The translations under genes were made by a program, and so were the position numbers. DNA of 64,000 nucleotides from Patescibacteria group bacterium (GTDB lineage: Bacteria > Patescibacteriota > Patescibacteriia > UBA2591 > UBA6264), in contig JAIPGN010000004.1 in NCBI GenBank assembly GCA_021735685.1, forward strand, positions 959-64,958. Reading direction: 5' to 3'. The first letter of the stretch is position 1. Each line of letters opens with the position of its first letter. Below, piece by piece: positions 63,306-64,000 of the stretch. A model generated the notes under the pieces. The model had not been told where the DNA came from, searched no databases, and worked only from the letters and a program-made list of their open reading frames with translations.

Positions 63306-63719
63306 TTATATTTCGTCTTCGGTGAATACCTTAATATTATTCTTTTTAAGAATTTTAGCGAACACACCATCGCCCTTAATTAATTTCCCGGAAAAAGTAC
63401 CGTCATAGATCTTCCCAGAACCACAGGATGGTGATTTTGATTTTATAATCGCTTCCTCACAATTAACAAGCAAGGCAATTTCCAAAGCTTCTTTCGCTCC
63501 TTTCTCAAATTGAACAGTGACATTTTTTCCGTTTTTGGTGAAAATTTTATCTTTTTTTTGCTCAGCTGGAACCCTGGGTGTAGTTAAACCACCCAACTGT
63601 TCCGGACAGACAGGTATTGCTTTACCTTGCCTAACCAATTCAACCACTTTTTGACAAGGCCTAGATTCACCATCCCATCTACATTTTATTCCCGCCAAAC
63701 AAGCGCTTACTATTTTCAT
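63306..63719 (-). CDS. DUF523 / YbbK-family protein (TudS-like 2-thiouracil desulfidase fold)
   Basis: MKIVSACLAGIKCRWDG...CPE...SPSCGSG cysteine pattern typical of DUF523. Confidence 0.65.
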   Translation of the reverse strand: MKIVSACLAGIKCRWDGESRPCQKVVELVRQGKAIPVCPEQLGGLTTPRVPAEQKKDKIFTKNGKNVTVQFEKGAKEALEIALLVNCEEAIIKSKSPSCGSGKIYDGTFSGKLIKGDGVFAKILKKNNIKVFTEDEI

Positions 63720-63847
63720 AACATTTTATTTTATCTAAAAATTTTATAAACTATTGTTCTTTTAATTGTCATTAAGATCAAGCCTCGGCAGTGCTTAGCA
63801 GGATTTGAGAAAACATGTGGAGATTAAACTTCCAAATACTTTCAAAT

Positions 63848-63872
63848 ATGTACGAGGTTCGACCTCGTACAT
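63848..63872. repeat. 25-bp perfect palindrome ATGTACGAGGTTCGACCTCGTACAT (copy 3 of 3)
   Basis: Identical to the copies at 6475 and 6527; intergenic, ~57 kb away. Confidence 0.9.
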
Positions 63873-64000
63873 ATTTAAAAAATTTCAGAGTTATAATAGA
63901 CGTCGACCTCTTCCCACCAAAAGTGAGTGGGTAAACCGCGTCCTAGCTTAGCTCGGGGGCAGGGACGATGTGGGAACCTTTTTAAGAGATATAAAACGAG

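Overview
This is a 64-kb AT-rich bacterial chromosomal segment (roughly one-third GC by eye) with tightly packed genes, short intergenic spacers and many small membrane proteins. It carries a form-III-like RuBisCO next to an eIF2B-family isomerase, and several giant cysteine-rich surface proteins. That combination is typical of Candidate Phyla Radiation / Patescibacteria genomes (inference from gene content; no database search was possible). I found no rRNA, tRNA or CRISPR array.

Recognisable housekeeping content:
- Oxidative-stress genes trxA, trxB, rubrerythrin and a HIT hydrolase.
- A cold-shock protein.
- parA-DUF192-parB followed by rpsU.
- Cell-wall and division genes mreC, mreD, PBP2, ftsQ and two M23 peptidases.
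- fmt, thyX, clpB, gltX, truB, uppP, a stomatin-like protein, an HI0933-family flavoprotein and glycosyltransferases.
- xseA and xseB with a patatin phospholipase inserted between them; XseA carries an N-terminal HRDC-like extension.
- A thioredoxin / thioredoxin-CcdA fusion / TspO operon.
- A DenV-like pyrimidine-dimer glycosylase and a DUF523 (TudS-like) protein.

Most unusual features:
- A 2445-aa surface protein whose N-terminus resembles a type IV secretion pilin. Downstream it has Ig-like, FN3 and cysteine-rich repeats, and two more large cysteine-rich secreted proteins follow it.
- A ~65-aa repeat module shared by three separate secreted proteins.
- Two copies of a ~350-370-bp MITE-like structured repeat with 14-19-bp terminal inverted repeats. 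They bracket a compositionally distinct ~2-kb segment that carries a strongly expressed secreted small protein under a promoter with a palindromic operator.
- Two families of 25-bp perfect palindromic intergenic repeats.
- A ~300-bp GC-rich, helix-dense region (52181-52475, minus strand) ending in a strong terminator. It is either an unassigned structured RNA or an ORF with atypical codon usage.
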